Under the pieces are notes generated by a model, which was not told where the DNA came from, made no database searches, and was given only the letters and a program-made list of their open reading frames with translations. A stretch of 64,000 nucleotides of DNA. It comes from Adineta vaga. Taxonomy: Eukaryota; Animalia; Rotifera. Below, piece by piece: positions 13,801 to 28,100 of this stretch. Position 1 is the stretch's first letter. Each line of letters opens with the position of its first letter. Both the position numbers and the translations under genes were made by a program. The DNA is taken from positions 5,022,001 through 5,086,000 of the forward strand of contig CP075497.1 in NCBI GenBank assembly GCA_021613535.1, read 5' to 3'.

Positions 13801-14835
13801 TCAACCATATCCATTTATACCTCCAACATCTACATCAACTAATGCAACTATTAATGCGTATGAATTTTCTTGTTTTTTATTTAAATTCATTCAGCGATTA
13901 CTTTTTGTTTTAGTACACCACCGTCGAATGATGATAAACCAACACCGATCGTAATACCTGAAACAAAACCATCCAAACCAAAGAATAAAAATAAAACCAC
14001 CGGAGAAAAGAAAAAGCCTGCTACGCCTCGATCGAATAAGAAAAAGTCTGCAGCAGCAGTAGCAGCCGCGGCTGATGTTAACGCTCCAGTCACTACAACC
14101 GAAAGCGATGAAACATCAGCAGTTCCATCAACTGAAACAACAGTAACTGCAATGCCAGCATCAGAATCAACACCACCGCCACGAACAGTAGCTTCTAAAC
14201 GACGAATTAGTGGTACAGAAAGTGAAGATTTTGATGAACAAAATGATGAACAGCAACAACAACAGTCTCAAATTGCCAATGGCAAATCAGGTAATGATTC
14301 AGACGCTTCTACAGGCACAGCTGATCGTCGTCGACAAATCCACAATCTTCAAGTTCAGCTACTGAGAAAAAAGGTGGACGTACTACAATAAAACCACAAC
14401 AATTAGAAGTCAGTTTACAGCTTTCATATGTCCATCTTTTGTATATTTCCTTTTCTTATTAGATTTTGAACAAAGCATTTGATTCATGCGCCAAACCGAA
14501 TAAATCTCAACGTGAACAAATAGCAGCCGATACTGGTCTAAATATACGTGTTATTCAAGTATAGAATTTTTTGAAAAGTTTCACTTTATTCACTTGCTCT
14601 TTTTTTTACATCTAAAGGTTTGGTTTCAAAATAAACGATCGAAAGAACGTAAAGGAAAAGTTTCAAAAGAAAAAGATACACCTTTAGATGATGATGATGC
14701 AGGTGATGACTCTCCACCGTTATCACCAGCACCACCAGCCGCTCCAGCACCTGCATCTACGCCGGAATCTACTCCTGCTGAGCTAGCAGCAGTCAGACTC
14801 CTACTACTAGTAATGAACCAGAAAGTCAAAATTAA
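10874..14835 (+). CDS. Divergent Lhx1/5-like LIM-homeodomain protein with very long low-complexity linker
   Basis: Two LIM domains (CFGC...WHPDCVRCVVC...CKDD; CFSC...YHADCFVCIKC...CQVC). Homeodomain [58 protein letters not shown], compare Lhx1/5 GPRTTIKAKQLE...[20 protein letters not shown]. The end assumes a 1-bp deletion near 14793; otherwise the stop is at 15034. Confidence 0.85.
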
Positions 14836-15371
14836 ATTCCTCTCTGCATATAAACACCCCATATTTTTAATCAAACGAATTGAAAGAAGTGTCTCTCATC
14901 TGTGTGCAATTGTTTTTCTATCACTTTCTCTCTCTCATGTTTCTGCTGATATAGAATATCAATCTAGCATCTTTTTTCTTCTCATTCTAATTCAAAATGT
15001 AACTTATATAAATGTTGTTCGTATGTATACTTGACTGATACTTTTATCTATATCATCTCATATAGCAAAAAAAAACATGTATTCCTGTTTTAGTGTAGGA
15101 AAAAAGAAATTGAAATACAATCATAATTTCAAAGCAAAATCATTTCGAATTATTTAGTCATTTTGATCTGATATTCTTATTCATGAATTTCTTTTCTTCA
15201 GTTTAAATATGTATATTCTTATTTTTTGTTGTTGTTTTAAATTCTTTGTCTTGTTAACTGGTCTTGTATAATCAAAACACTATCGTTTTGTATAGAAACA
15301 ATTTATATATATATATATGTATTTGTGTTTTTTTTGTCTGTTTTATTATATAACAAATCTAATCAAGTCTT

Positions 15372-18300
15372 TTATCGATTGGATTTTATTTCATTTGCTA
15401 TGTTTTGTTTGTTCAGTCTCTTGCTCATGTGAATCAAGTAATGGAACATCTTTGACGAATATACTTGCTCGTCGTTTTGAAGCACTAACATTGAATATAG
15501 CAAAACGAAAGTAACGTTGCATTTCTTCACGAATAGAAATCTAAACAAAAAAAGAAGAGATCTTAGAAATTACATTGACATCTTAGGAACATTATTGATA
15601 TATCATGCATCATTTAGTTTATATATTCTTTCAGGAAAGTAGCGAAGTTATATGTCTTACTTGTCCTCCTTTACGATTACGTATTTTAATACTAAATTCT
15701 ACTGCAGCAACAACCATAGATACGACTAATCCAACAGCAAGCATGACAAATATTCCACCAATATTAGCAAAACCTAATTCTGCTGCTAAATCTTTTCGTT
15801 TATCTTCTTGATCACATTTTAAATTAGCAGCTTCTTTCCACCACTTATTATAATATTTTTGTATAACACCTTCATCTTGTAATTTTAAAATTGTATCACT
15901 CAATATATCACGATAAGGAGAATCTATTCAAAACAACAAATGAAAAATGTTCAAAATACATTTTGATCTCTTACTTTGTGGTACACCAAAACCATATCCT
16001 TTTGAATCAAGTAAACCACCAATAGATGTTAAATCACAATTTCTCATTATATTATATTCACTTGTAGTTGATCTAGATGAATATTAGAGCAATACAGACA
16101 TGGAGAAAGAAGAAGATATCAATGAATAAACATACTCCATAAGAAAAGCATAATTGCCAGCTAAAACTCGATTTATACCTTCCGTACTTGATGCAACTGT
16201 AGCTGTCGCTTGATTAACGGATATATAATTCCACATTCGTTCATATGTTGGTATTTTTGATTCCTATTGAATTCAAAATGTAGAGCAAGAATTAGATATG
16301 TTCTAGTTAGTATATCATGTGTCAATGAAAATGATATGTTTATTCCACTACTTCTTATCTATTGATATATTTAATTAGAATGTCAATTATTTCGAGGTCT
16401 TCTATGATCAAATTTGAGGATAAATTCTATCTAATATGATATTTTTACATACTCGAAAGAAGTTTTCTGTAGAACCACCACGTTGAACTCCATAGATAAT
16501 TTTTGTTTGTGACGCAAGATCGTCCGCATTTTCGATCGGTGTTTGCATACGTTGTACAGTTAAAAAGGCCGCTAAAATATTACCATATCTATCGATATAT
16601 GTTATTCTCATCGAATTTATTTACCTAAATTAGCCGTATAGGATGAAACCAAAATTAATGTAAAAAATGCCCATAAACAACTAATCATACGAGTAGATGG
16701 TGCTGTAGGATTTAAATCAGTACCTATTAAATTGAAAAGAAAAGAAAACATTTTTATTGAAAATTTCCAAATGAAACATCAACCTTGTTGCATAATATTT
16801 CCAATAAGAAACCAGAGTGAATTAAAAAATGTAAATTGATTTTCTAATTCTTCATGAGTTCTTTTACATGGATGTGGATTACGCCATTCATATGGAGATA
16901 ATCTTGCAACGAGATAGAGAGCAAAACTAACCGCTAAGAAGAGTAAAATATCGATTGAAATTGAAAATCAAATGAGAATTTTACTCTACCAAAATAAGCA
17001 GCAATCATATAAAGCCAAACAGCGATACTTAATGGTTGAAAAAATCCAAATAATTTCGGTTTTTCACGTTTGGCTTTTTTAAAAAGAATATTAATTCCAA
17101 GTGTTAAGAATGGTTTTGTAAAATCAATTGCCTTTAAATAGATTTCATGTGGAAATTCAAACGGAAAGAAATCAAAATAGAATTACTTGTTCACGTTGAT
17201 AGGTAATGGTTAAACCAGCTAAACCTAAATCTGCTCTCTAAATTCATATGAAATGATTGCAAAATCCGAAAAAATACAACATACACGATTGACTAGTTCA
17301 CCAATGATACCATTCCATTCTCCTTTTTCATTTCTCTTTCCAAATATTTTATCTTTAACAATATCAATTTCAAATGAAAAATTAAGTCTAGCTGATAAAT
17401 CAAGTAAAATATCAATACAAAATCCAGCGAATTTCTGCGTTGAATTAGTACCATTCGGAGCTAAAAATTAATTTGAATGATGATGAAAAACTTCATTCAA
17501 TCATTAGATTCTCACCCAACATAACATAAGGAGGTTCCTAAGAAATACATATCAAATAATTCTTCTTCAGATATTCTCAAAATATGACTTACAATAACTG
17601 TCGTTACTTTTAATGTTTGATTCTGTATTTCTTGTTTTCTTGTTTCATAATCTTTTGAAAAATTTCTTCGAATTTCTAATCGATCTGGTGAATTTGCTGA
17701 CCAATTTCCATTCTATATTGTAAACGTAAATCCTTCAAAATAAAACGAAAATCTTCGTATCTTTTTCAGTATACTTTAGATACACCATTGGCAGCAAGAT
17801 CAACAACTTCAAATGAAACATCAGTTCGTAAACCATTCTCATCAAATTTTAATTTTCCTGTTATTCCATTTGCTTCAAACTGTATATAAAAACGATTAAT
17901 TTATGAAAATCTTCGAATTATTCTGTCACCTTTTTAAGAAAGAGTGAAAATGCTGCACCATGTCTCCATGGTTTTTGTACATCACACATTAATGGTGTTA
18001 TATTAAATGGATGTTGTTCAACGAATTTACTAAGTGCACGTGCAAAAAAATAAACTGAATCATAGATCAATGCAGCTGATGCCTAGAATCAAAAGAATTC
18101 TTAATAATATTGGAATAGAATATTTTCAAATAAATTGTAACCCTTAATGAACGTTCATTGGAAAGTAATGGAGCATTAATACTGAAATGATTGTTATTCG
18201 AATCAAAAAATTCATCAACAGCCGGATCTTCTCGACCGAAAAATTGCAAACCTGTAATGTTAACTAATGTATAGAGAATTTTACTCCATTTCACAGCCGA

Positions 18301-19445
18301 AATATCCTTAATAAAAAAAAGAAACAATACTAGCAAAAGAAAAGCGAACGTTCCATTCGAATTACCAGTGAAGTAAGAACAAAGTCATAGTAAGGACCGA
18401 CTAATCCAACAATTTTTGCCTAAATTTTTCCATTAGATTTTCCTTTTAAATCTTGAATTAATCACTTACATGTTTAAAAAAATCATCAAGATTATCTGTT
18501 GATACATCAATTAAAAATTTCGATATGCCTGTTTCTTGTAATTGCTTTAACAATGGTACCCAATTGTCAATGCCAGGTCGACCTCGTAATTGTCTAACCG
18601 TTACTTTCATTTGTTTCGTATTCGTGGATAATTTAAGTAAATCTTGTAGATAAAGTAAATCTATAATAGATTATTTATCAATATTTTCTACGGATTTACT
18701 CTTATGTTCTTACTTTCTGCGCGTTCAGTTATAATAGCTAATTCATCCCATTCTTGAAATTTAATTAAATCACTAAATGCTTGACTTGTTGCTGTATAAT
18801 GTGGATAGACATTCATTGTATAATATTCTACTTTTGTTTGTGGATCAGGTGATGACAAAAATAATGGGATATGTAATTGACGAGTTAGTGAACTGATAAA
18901 TTCAATAGCAGGACTTAATCGACCGGTAAATAATGCAGCAATACCTTTTTGTAATTGAGTACAAACTAAATAGATAGTTAGGTTGCATATGAAAAGAATT
19001 TCGTTATTTGTTTACCCATTTTATAAGCTGAAAAACTATCGTGAATATCGACCATATCAATATTAACAACAACAAGTCTTGAATGTGCAAAAATTTGTGA
19101 TTGTGTATTAATTTTAGCAACGGCATATTCAAATGCTTGGCGAGATAATGTATCGCCTAATCCAAATATTGCTCCTAGAAATCATTTTGCTATTAAATCT
19201 GAGTTTCATTTATTTATTACACGATAATTACAGTAGAGAAGAAGAACTAAGCTTAAGAAAATCTGATACATGCAATTCTTTACATAAATGTTAGTTTATA
19301 TTGTCTAATCCTAATTAAGATTTCATTAGTAAGTAGATAAATTGATCGATAAATACTTACCTATACGAATTTCAGTTGGTAATTCAAATCCATTACTTAT
19401 CCAACATAGATAGAATAAATTGATAATGGAAATAAACGATTTCAT
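15372..19445 (-). CDS. Ionotropic glutamate receptor, kainate/AMPA-like (multi-exon)
   Basis: Signal peptide, amino-terminal domain, S1 ([36 protein letters not shown]), M2 [11 protein letters not shown] (Q form), M3 SSYTANLAAFLTV, S2 ([22 protein letters not shown]), M4 NIGGIFVML. Confidence 0.95.
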
Positions 19446-21936
19446 GATGGTTCTTTTTTTTATTAAAGTATCCTTTTAACCTTCTGAAACATTTTTTTAA
19501 AGATGATACTTGTTCTGTTCTCTAATGTTACTAGTGATGAAAAGGAAGAAAATTATCTATGTTCTGTCAGCACGAACGATTCTCTCTCTCTCTGAATGTC
19601 TCATCGCTGTAGAGCTATGAAATATGTCTCTATCACTTAACATCATTAGAAAAAGAAAACCTTCTTCTTTGCCTTTCTCGTCTCAATATCACTTCAATCT
19701 GCTTACACTTCTCTGCACAATAAAGATATTTATACAAATATATCGACACGTTTTCATTATGAAGAAAAAAAACGATTCTGCTTGTTAGATATCAATTATT
19801 AAGGAAAATAATATTTTGTTCTCTCTCTCTTTTTCTTAAACAAATACTAATTATCTCTCGATTATTTCTCATAGGCATAAAATCAAAATCAATCGAGCAT
19901 GATTTTGTTGACTGACATCGTCTATTCACCAAGTCGTTTTTGCAATTGAATTTCTTCTATTTCCCTCGATTGATTCTACTCTGTGGGAAGTCTCTTGAGT
20001 ACCTTCTTTTGAATGAATGATCGATATATATATATATATAAATTTTCTTTTTCAGTTGAAGAAATTAGTTGCATTCAAGGATAAGAAATGATTATGATCG
20101 ATCTTTTTTATTAGTTATTCTTGAATAAAAGTATGTTCATCAAATGTAAATGACAAGTATATGCAAATGTCATGATCTATTTTGTCAGCTGAAGATGATT
20201 GATCAACAATCTTTATTTAGCATGGAATATGTCAACAGACATGTAAACATAAGTCTTTTTTGATGATCTCTAGATTAATTACCGGAAAATACGACCAATA
20301 ATATTTGTGTTATGTCATAATATTTATGTTTAGAATCAATGGATAATTCGATAAGAATAACTTTCGATAGGATGAAATCAATTTTCTAATATTATTACTG
20401 AAAAACATCAAAATTCTTGGTTTTGTATCATTTTCAAATATCAGATCTTCTTATATCGACTTATATTAAGAAAAGATGATTTTTTTTTCTTCTATTCCGT
20501 ACATATTCTATTTCAATGATAATTAATTCTATATGGCTATATTAACATATTCTCATCGTCATCGTTGCTGTACTAGAATGATATGTTTCGGGTTTTGATG
20601 AGCGGAAATTGCTTGAAATGTCAATAGAAACGATTGTTCATGAATGTTGTTTACAGCTATTGTAAGAGGTTATTGCTAGTATTATTAATGACATTGATTT
20701 TTCAACACATACTTATTCAATACTTTCATTGCTTAATTGTAGCAAAATGAGACGAATTTACAAGTGATAAATCATCGATATGATTATTCAAGTTCTCAAG
20801 AGATTTGTAAAAAAAAAGTATTAAACAAATGTTCATTCGCGGGTGTGGGTGGAAAGCATTCCGATTGTTGTCTTGAATAAAGAAAGTGATATGATGAGCA
20901 TTAGACGCATGATAGATGAGAAAAGTGATAGAATTGATAAAATAAGATATCAGTATGGCTTTTATTATTGATAGATCTTTGCACACTGATTGGACTAATT
21001 CTGATCGATTATTTATAGATTATAATGTATATTTTAGATAAATAATTCGTCTAAAATAATTCTTATCTGTCGAATTATCGATATTAAGAATATGCGAAGT
21101 TTTCAGTAGAAAAATGAGTTGAGTGTCTTGAACATATCTTCAATTGACAATTATCTAAAACTATTAGTGCTCTTTCCTATTTAAAATATGATAACTATGT
21201 AAATTCTTCATCAGAATTTATGATTAATCTATAGAAGTAGTTCTTCTTAACTCGTTTATTGATTCAAAATCTATAGGAAATTGTTTGATGAAAACATGAT
21301 TCTATATCGATGAGTATGAATACGTTCCTTGCAGCAAGGTCTTTGCTAATTGTTGACTATGAATTTAACGAATGAGCCAATTCATTATCTTTCATCCGCT
21401 GTTCTAGCAGCTGTTAACATAAGGAACCAGCAGCAAATCTCTATTTTAAACATCATTGTTATTTTGTACGATGTATTGTCTATGCTTAAACTATCGATGA
21501 ATATGTTCTAAATGTGTAGATGCAATTCCTATTATGAAATTTATATACTTGCATACTGATTGATTCCTTTTTCTTTTGTTTTATCTATCACTTCACTTTT
21601 AGTCTATTGCTATACGATAAGATTTTCATTTTCTCACAATGATTGATATCTGACTTTTGCTTACGTAATAGCCATTGTTGAACCAATCAAAATCAATAAC
21701 TAATAAAACAATTAATTTACGTCTTTTAAATAGTAACTAATAATTGTGATATGTTTGGGTATATAACAAAAGTCGAAAAGAGATATTGATCATTTATGAT
21801 ACTGAGTAATAAATAGACTGCCTGATACTCTATTGGATAACAAGAACGAATGTAGATACGTGTCGGTGAATGAAAAAAAAAGGTAGATAAGGATGAGATT
21901 TGGTTAGAATTCAAAATTTTTTATGGTTATTTCAAA

Positions 21937-23976
21937 ATGGAATTTCGATATCGATTAAAAAAGAAAGATATTCAAATAGAAGAGATTCCAGATCAAAATC
22001 AAGCATTTCTCGAAGAAAAATCAACAGCTGACACCCCTCTTTCATTGTCTTCGTCTGAAAATGAAACTGCAAAGAATCATTCATCATCAACATCTATGCC
22101 ATCGATATTGAAACAAAATAATTGGCAAAAAGATAAATTTAGCATAAGTCTTCTACTTTTCCTTTACCTTTTACAAGGTATACCACTCGGTCTAGCATCA
22201 GCATTACCTTTAATTATTCAAATATATGGCGCTAAAATGTCCCAACAAGCAACATTTTCACTTGCCTTTTGGCCATTTAGTATTAAACTTCTTTGGGCAC
22301 CGATTGTTGATACATTATTTTTTAAAAGATTCGGTCGACGTAAATCATGGTTAATTCCAACTCAATATTTGATTGGAATTGTTATGATTATACTTTCATA
22401 TTATGTTAATGATATCTTACTTTTAATAAAAACATCACCGAATAGTCAGATACGTATGTTTTACATTGCATCTTTGTTTTTTTTAAACGTTATTTCATCT
22501 CTTTAGCTATTTATACTCTAACATCAATCTTTTTTGGTATATCATTTCTTGCTGCTACACAAGATATTTGTGTTGATGGTTGGGCACTTTCAATGCTTGC
22601 AAGGTAATTGAAATATAGATTATTATGAACAACTCTTCGTATCTTGAATATTTTTTCTATATTAGAGAAAATGTCGGTTGGGCAAGTACATGTAATTCTG
22701 TTGGACAAACTGCTGGAATGTTTATTGGTAGAGTCGTTTTTCTTACCTTAGAATCGAACGAATTTAGCAATAATTATATTCGAAAATTATTAAGTATGCC
22801 ATTTCAATCTAGTGGATTAGTAACTTTAGCTGGTAAGTTAATCGATAACTATCTAATGATTGTTTTTAAAGATCAATTTCATAGGTTTTCTTCTCTTTTG
22901 GGGAATAACTTTTATTGTATCAACAACATTAATTGGATTTTTTAAACGTGAAAAAGATCAAAGTTATGATCCAGATGAACCTCATTTTGGTCTTCTTGAA
23001 ACATACAAAATTCTCATTAAAGTTCTTTGTTTACCAGCTGTTCGAAGTACAGCTTTAATTCTTTTAACAGTCAAAGTAGAATTGAAATATTCTATCAATT
23101 TTCGCAATCATTTTCTTTATATCTAGATAGGTTTTGCAGCCACAGATTCTATGACTGGCTTAGAACTGCTGAACGTGGTCTAACAAAAGATACAGTAGCT
23201 TTATTAGCAGTACCATTAACACCATTACAAATTCTTTTACCATTTATAATAGCAAAATATACATCTGGACCGAAACCATTAAATATTTTTGTTATATCTT
23301 ATCTACCTCGGTAAAGACTTTACATATACATACATAATTGTTCATTTGTTTTTGTTTCTCTAGAATTCTCTTAGGTATAGTTTTAGCTATCTTTGTATAT
23401 TATACACCATCATTTCAAAATACGGATAAATCATTTCCTTGGTATTACTATGCATTGACTATTACTATTTATAGTATACATCAAATAGCTGCATTCAATA
23501 TGTTCGTTTCACAGATGGCATTTTTTGCTCGAGTTAGTGATCCAAAAATAGGTGGAACATATATGACATTATTAAATACATTAGCAAATCTTGGTGAAAC
23601 TTTGAAGAAATAAAAATAGATATCTTCTAATCATTTATTTGTTATAGGTAATAATTGGCTTTTAACCGTTGCTCTATATGGAGCAGATCATTTACAATGG
23701 AAAACATGTTCGGAGGGTAATCGTCGATGTGGAACAACCGATGAAGAAAAGAAATGTACATCATTAGGTGGTGTTTGTCGACTGTATATTGATTCATATT
23801 ATATTGAAGTCATTATATGTACTATAGTAGGGATTCTTTGGCTTATATGGAGATATCGAACATTAATGCGTTTACAAAGTTTACCAACTAGTGCCTGGCA
23901 AGTAAGGAGTCGTCGCCGTCGACATAGTAATACACAAGACGAGAATGGGAAACAATTGGAAATGGTGAATGCATAA
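21937..23976 (+). CDS. SLC33A1: Acetyl-CoA transporter 1 (SLC33A1/AT-1), MFS; 1-bp deletion near 23170
   Basis: Motifs LLFLYLLQGIPLGL, WPFSIKLLWAPIVD, FGRRKSWLIPTQY, LAATQDICVDGWALSML, ASTCNSVGQTAG, FFARVSDPKIGGTYMTLLNTLANLG. Confidence 0.93.
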
Positions 23977-24374
23977 TATTTATGTAAGAAACATGAACTT
24001 ATATAGTAGAAAATCTCATACGTACAATGATTTGAATAGTTCTCATTTGTATTCTATAATGATTTTGAAAAACTTATTTAAATATCGCGAATTGGCGAAT
24101 CTTTCGAATTGTACTTTTGATTTTTAATTGTGTTTTTTTTGTCTGGTTTTTGTGTATTGTTGTATTTCGTTTTTAGTACTTTAGTATGGTCTTTCCAGGT
24201 AATTATGTTTTTGATCGACAAATTTTCGTCGATAGTCAATTGGTCGACATGACACTTCGTCGCCTAAAAATTCTAACAGAAAAGCCAAGAAAAAGCCAAA
24301 CGAGGAAAGATGTCAAGTTGATTTTCATAAAAATTTTTGTTTAAATAACATAAATATCACACAATAGAGTCTAT

Positions 24375-24762
24375 GTGAGGGTGTGAGTAGAGTCGTGTTG
24401 AGACCGAGCCCAAACCGAGAGTTTCAGTACATGCAAGAGAGAAACAGCTGATCCCAAGATTTGAAGATTCTGCGGAGTTCTATGAAATTCTTAAAATTCC
24501 AACAGTTGTATTGGTTCGAAAAACATAGAATCAGCTGTTTCTACCAAGAAGAAGACTAAAACAACTGCCAATACTAACTTTGATTCCTAGAAATTGACAG
24601 ATGAATATTTTGCTGCGTTTGTTTTAGGAAGATCAAAGTCAAAACGATTATTTGATATGCGGAACGATACAGCTTGAGATTTCAGCCGAGAAACTCGGAC
24701 TCAGTACAGCCATAGGTGTTAGGGTGAGGATGCTTTTTTCATAGTCTCAGCCACACCCTCAC
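24375..24762. mobile_element. Possible degenerate MITE / foldback element
   Basis: 11-bp terminal inverted repeat GTGAGGGTGTG (24375-24385) / CACACCCTCAC (24752-24762) and an internal 13-bp inverted repeat AGAAACAGCTGAT (24440-24452) / ATCAGCTGTTTCT (24530-24542). More GC-rich than the flanks; no clear target-site duplication. Confidence 0.35.
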
Positions 24763-25167
24763 TGTCAAGATGGTCGCCGAAGTGCATATGCATGTCGACC
24801 AAAAACAAAAACATAGCATTCGTCTTTCCATTCGTTATTTATATATAAATAATAATGACAACGTATCATCATCCTTAAGTTTTTTTTTCTTTAAAAGAAA
24901 CATGTTGCCTCTCTTATTGCGTGGAAATAGAAGAAGATAGATGTCAGTAGATATTTCGGTCAAACTTTGATTGGTAATCAAAGAAATAGTTCTCCGTTAT
25001 GTTAAGAAAATCTTCTCTTTTAGACTTTGAGCAATTCACTGTCACTCTGTTCGATATAAAATTAAACGATTTGACTTTTATTTCTATTTTTAGTATTTTT
25101 CATCTTCGGGTGTTTCAAAATACTTTCTAATCTATCTGTCCTTTCTTCCAAAAAAGACGATGATGCA

Positions 25168-28100
25168 ATGTTTCATATCAATATGAGCAATGGTTTGAAG
25201 TAATTTTGCATGAGCTATTACGCGTTTTGTCCTAGAATATGTAGTTTAGTTAGATGATTTCTTGCATGAAATCCTAGTGATGTCTTTCGTAATTACAAAT
25301 TTGAATTTATATACAGACGAATATTTTTCAGATCGGTCACAACGGTTTTAATACCTCATTTTCGAACTATACTCTATCAATTTCGTCATTTACAAGCACG
25401 AACATTTTCGGCTTCAGTAACAGTACGATGAATTCTCAAATATATTTTCTTTACAATAACTTTTCTATGATTAGGTTCATAAATCTTGGCAAAAAATCCA
25501 ACGTAAATACATGGCTGAACCAGACAAAAAATCAACGCTTACAGAAGTAAAATCAAAGAATGTTTCAGTTTTCTATTCATTAATATATGATTCATTTAGT
25601 TAAATCCACCACCAGAATATATTGATCATCGAATTAAAATCTGGAATGAATTAAAGGCTAAATATCAAGAGCATATTGCTTCGCAACCGCAAGTTGATAT
25701 TACAATAACATTACCAGATGGAAAAGCATTACCTGGTAAATCATGGAAAACAACTCCATTGGAAATTGCTCAGGGTATTAGGTATGAACGAACTTATTGA
25801 GTTTTATTAATGAATATAACATTATTGTTTGAATATTTAGTCAAGGATTAGCAGCAGCTACGGTCATTTCTAAAGTTAATGGCGAATTATGGGATCTTGA
25901 GCGACCATTCGAAAAAGATTCAACGTTACAATTGATTAAATTCGATGATGAACAAGGTAAACGTTTTCTGTATTTATGATTTAATCTGATCATCTATATG
26001 ATAAAATCTCTTGAAATAGGTAAACAAGTATTTTGGCATTCAACAGCACATATTATGGGTGAAGCAATGGAATTATGTTATGGTGGTTGTTTATGTTATG
26101 GACCACCGATTGAACAAGGTTTCTATTATGATATGTATCTTGAAAATCGGTATGTAATATTTCTTTTTTGTTTTCTAAGAAAATCTTTGATGTAATTTAT
26201 CAATTAATTAGAACGGTATCTGGTCTTGATTATGAACAAATAGAAAAAACAATGAAACGTATTGTTAAAGAAGAACAACCATTTGAACGTTTAGAAATTT
26301 CCAAAGAAGATTTGTTACGTTTATTTGGTGTAAGAAAACTTCCTTACGATACGGATCACAATTGCTTTCGTTTTTTCTGTTTAGTACAATCCATTTAAGG
26401 TTCGTATCTTGAATGAAAAAGTTCATACACCTACAACAACTGTTTATCGGTAAGAAGATTACACAGATACGAATGAAGGAGTTGCAAATTGAAAATTATA
26501 TTCAAATATGTAGATGTGGTCCATTGATTGATCTTTGCCGTGGTCCACATATTCGTCATACAGGAAAAGTGAAAGCTTTTGCAGTTACAAAAGTAAAGCA
26601 TAAAAATTCTTGTTAAATGACATCATCATGGTAAATTATAGAATTCTTCAACGTATTGGGAAGGTGATCAAACACGTGAAACATTACAACGTTTATATGG
26701 AATTTCATTTCCTGAAACAAAACAATTGAAAGAATGGAAATTTCTTCAAGAAGAAGCTGCTAAACGGAATCATCGAAAGATTGGTCTCGAACAAGATCTC
26801 TTCTTCTTTCATGAACTTAGTCCTGGATCATGTTTCTTCTATCCTAAAGGAGCATATATCTATAATAAACTCATTGAATTTCTTCGAGTATGTTAAATAA
26901 TAACTTATAACTTTATTCTTTCGTTTCTTATTTTCTATTAGGGTGAATACCGTAAACGTGGTTACCAAGAAGTTATTTCACCGAATATTTTCAATTCAAA
27001 ATTATGGAAAACATCAGGACATTGGGATCATTATTCTGTAAGATAATCTTCAATCTATTCTTCTTTATCATTCACATCTTGTTATCAATTATTAGGAAAA
27101 TATTTTCAAAACTGAAATTGAAAAAGAAATCTTTGCACTTAAACCAATGAATTGTCCTGGACATTGGTATGAAATTAAATTTTTAATCGAAACGTGAAAA
27201 TTTCGATTTTATCATTTTAGTGTTATGTTTGCATCACGACTTCGTTCATGGCGAGAATTACCCTTACGTATGGCTGATTTTGGTGTCTTACATCGAAATG
27301 AAGCATCAGGAGCATTGAGTGGTCTTACACGTGTGCGAAGATTTCAACAAGATGATGCACATATATTTTGTACTCAATCACAGGTAAGAAATGTGCTGAA
27401 AAGTTATGGTTTATTAGTTTGTTGTTGTTGTATTTTAGATAAAAGATGAAATTGAAGGTTGTTTAGACTTTTTAAAACATGTTTATGGTATCTTTGGTTT
27501 TACATTTGAATTGAAATTATCAACACGACCTGAAAGTTTTCTTGGTGAAATTGAAACATGGAATCGTGCTGAAAGTCAACTTGAATTAGCACTCAATTCA
27601 TTTGGTTACCCGTGGAAAGTTGATCCAGGAGATGGTGCTTTTTATGGACCAAAGATTGATATTACAATTCGAGATGCTTTACAACGTGCACATCAATGTG
27701 CAACAATTCAATTAGATTTTCAATTACCACTTCGTTTTCAACTTCAATACCAAACGTAAAAGAAATTATATGAATATAACTAAATTGAATATATATATAT
27801 ATATATCAATTTACATTTTAGGGATGAACAAGGTGAACTTCAAACACCAGTTATTATTCATCGAGCTATGTTAGGTTCAATTGAACGTATGCTTGCTATA
27901 CTTACGGAATCATTTGGTGGAAAATGGTATAATTATTTGCTTTGTTAAATTTAATTTATTAGAAGAATGTTGAGAAGGCAACTAAAAAGAAAGGACTCTT
28001 TTTTTCCAAACAGTATTATTATAGATGATACCAAACTTGTTAGAAAATTTCCTATTCAATTAGTTGTTTTATCATCTTGAGTTTAATTGGATAACTATTT

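Noticed and set aside
21260-21366. Minus-strand DLAARNVFI (tyrosine-kinase catalytic-loop-like) at about 21315-21341
   Set aside because: No open frame, no in-frame HR before it and no proper DFG or other kinase motifs. Chance, or a remnant too decayed to support.
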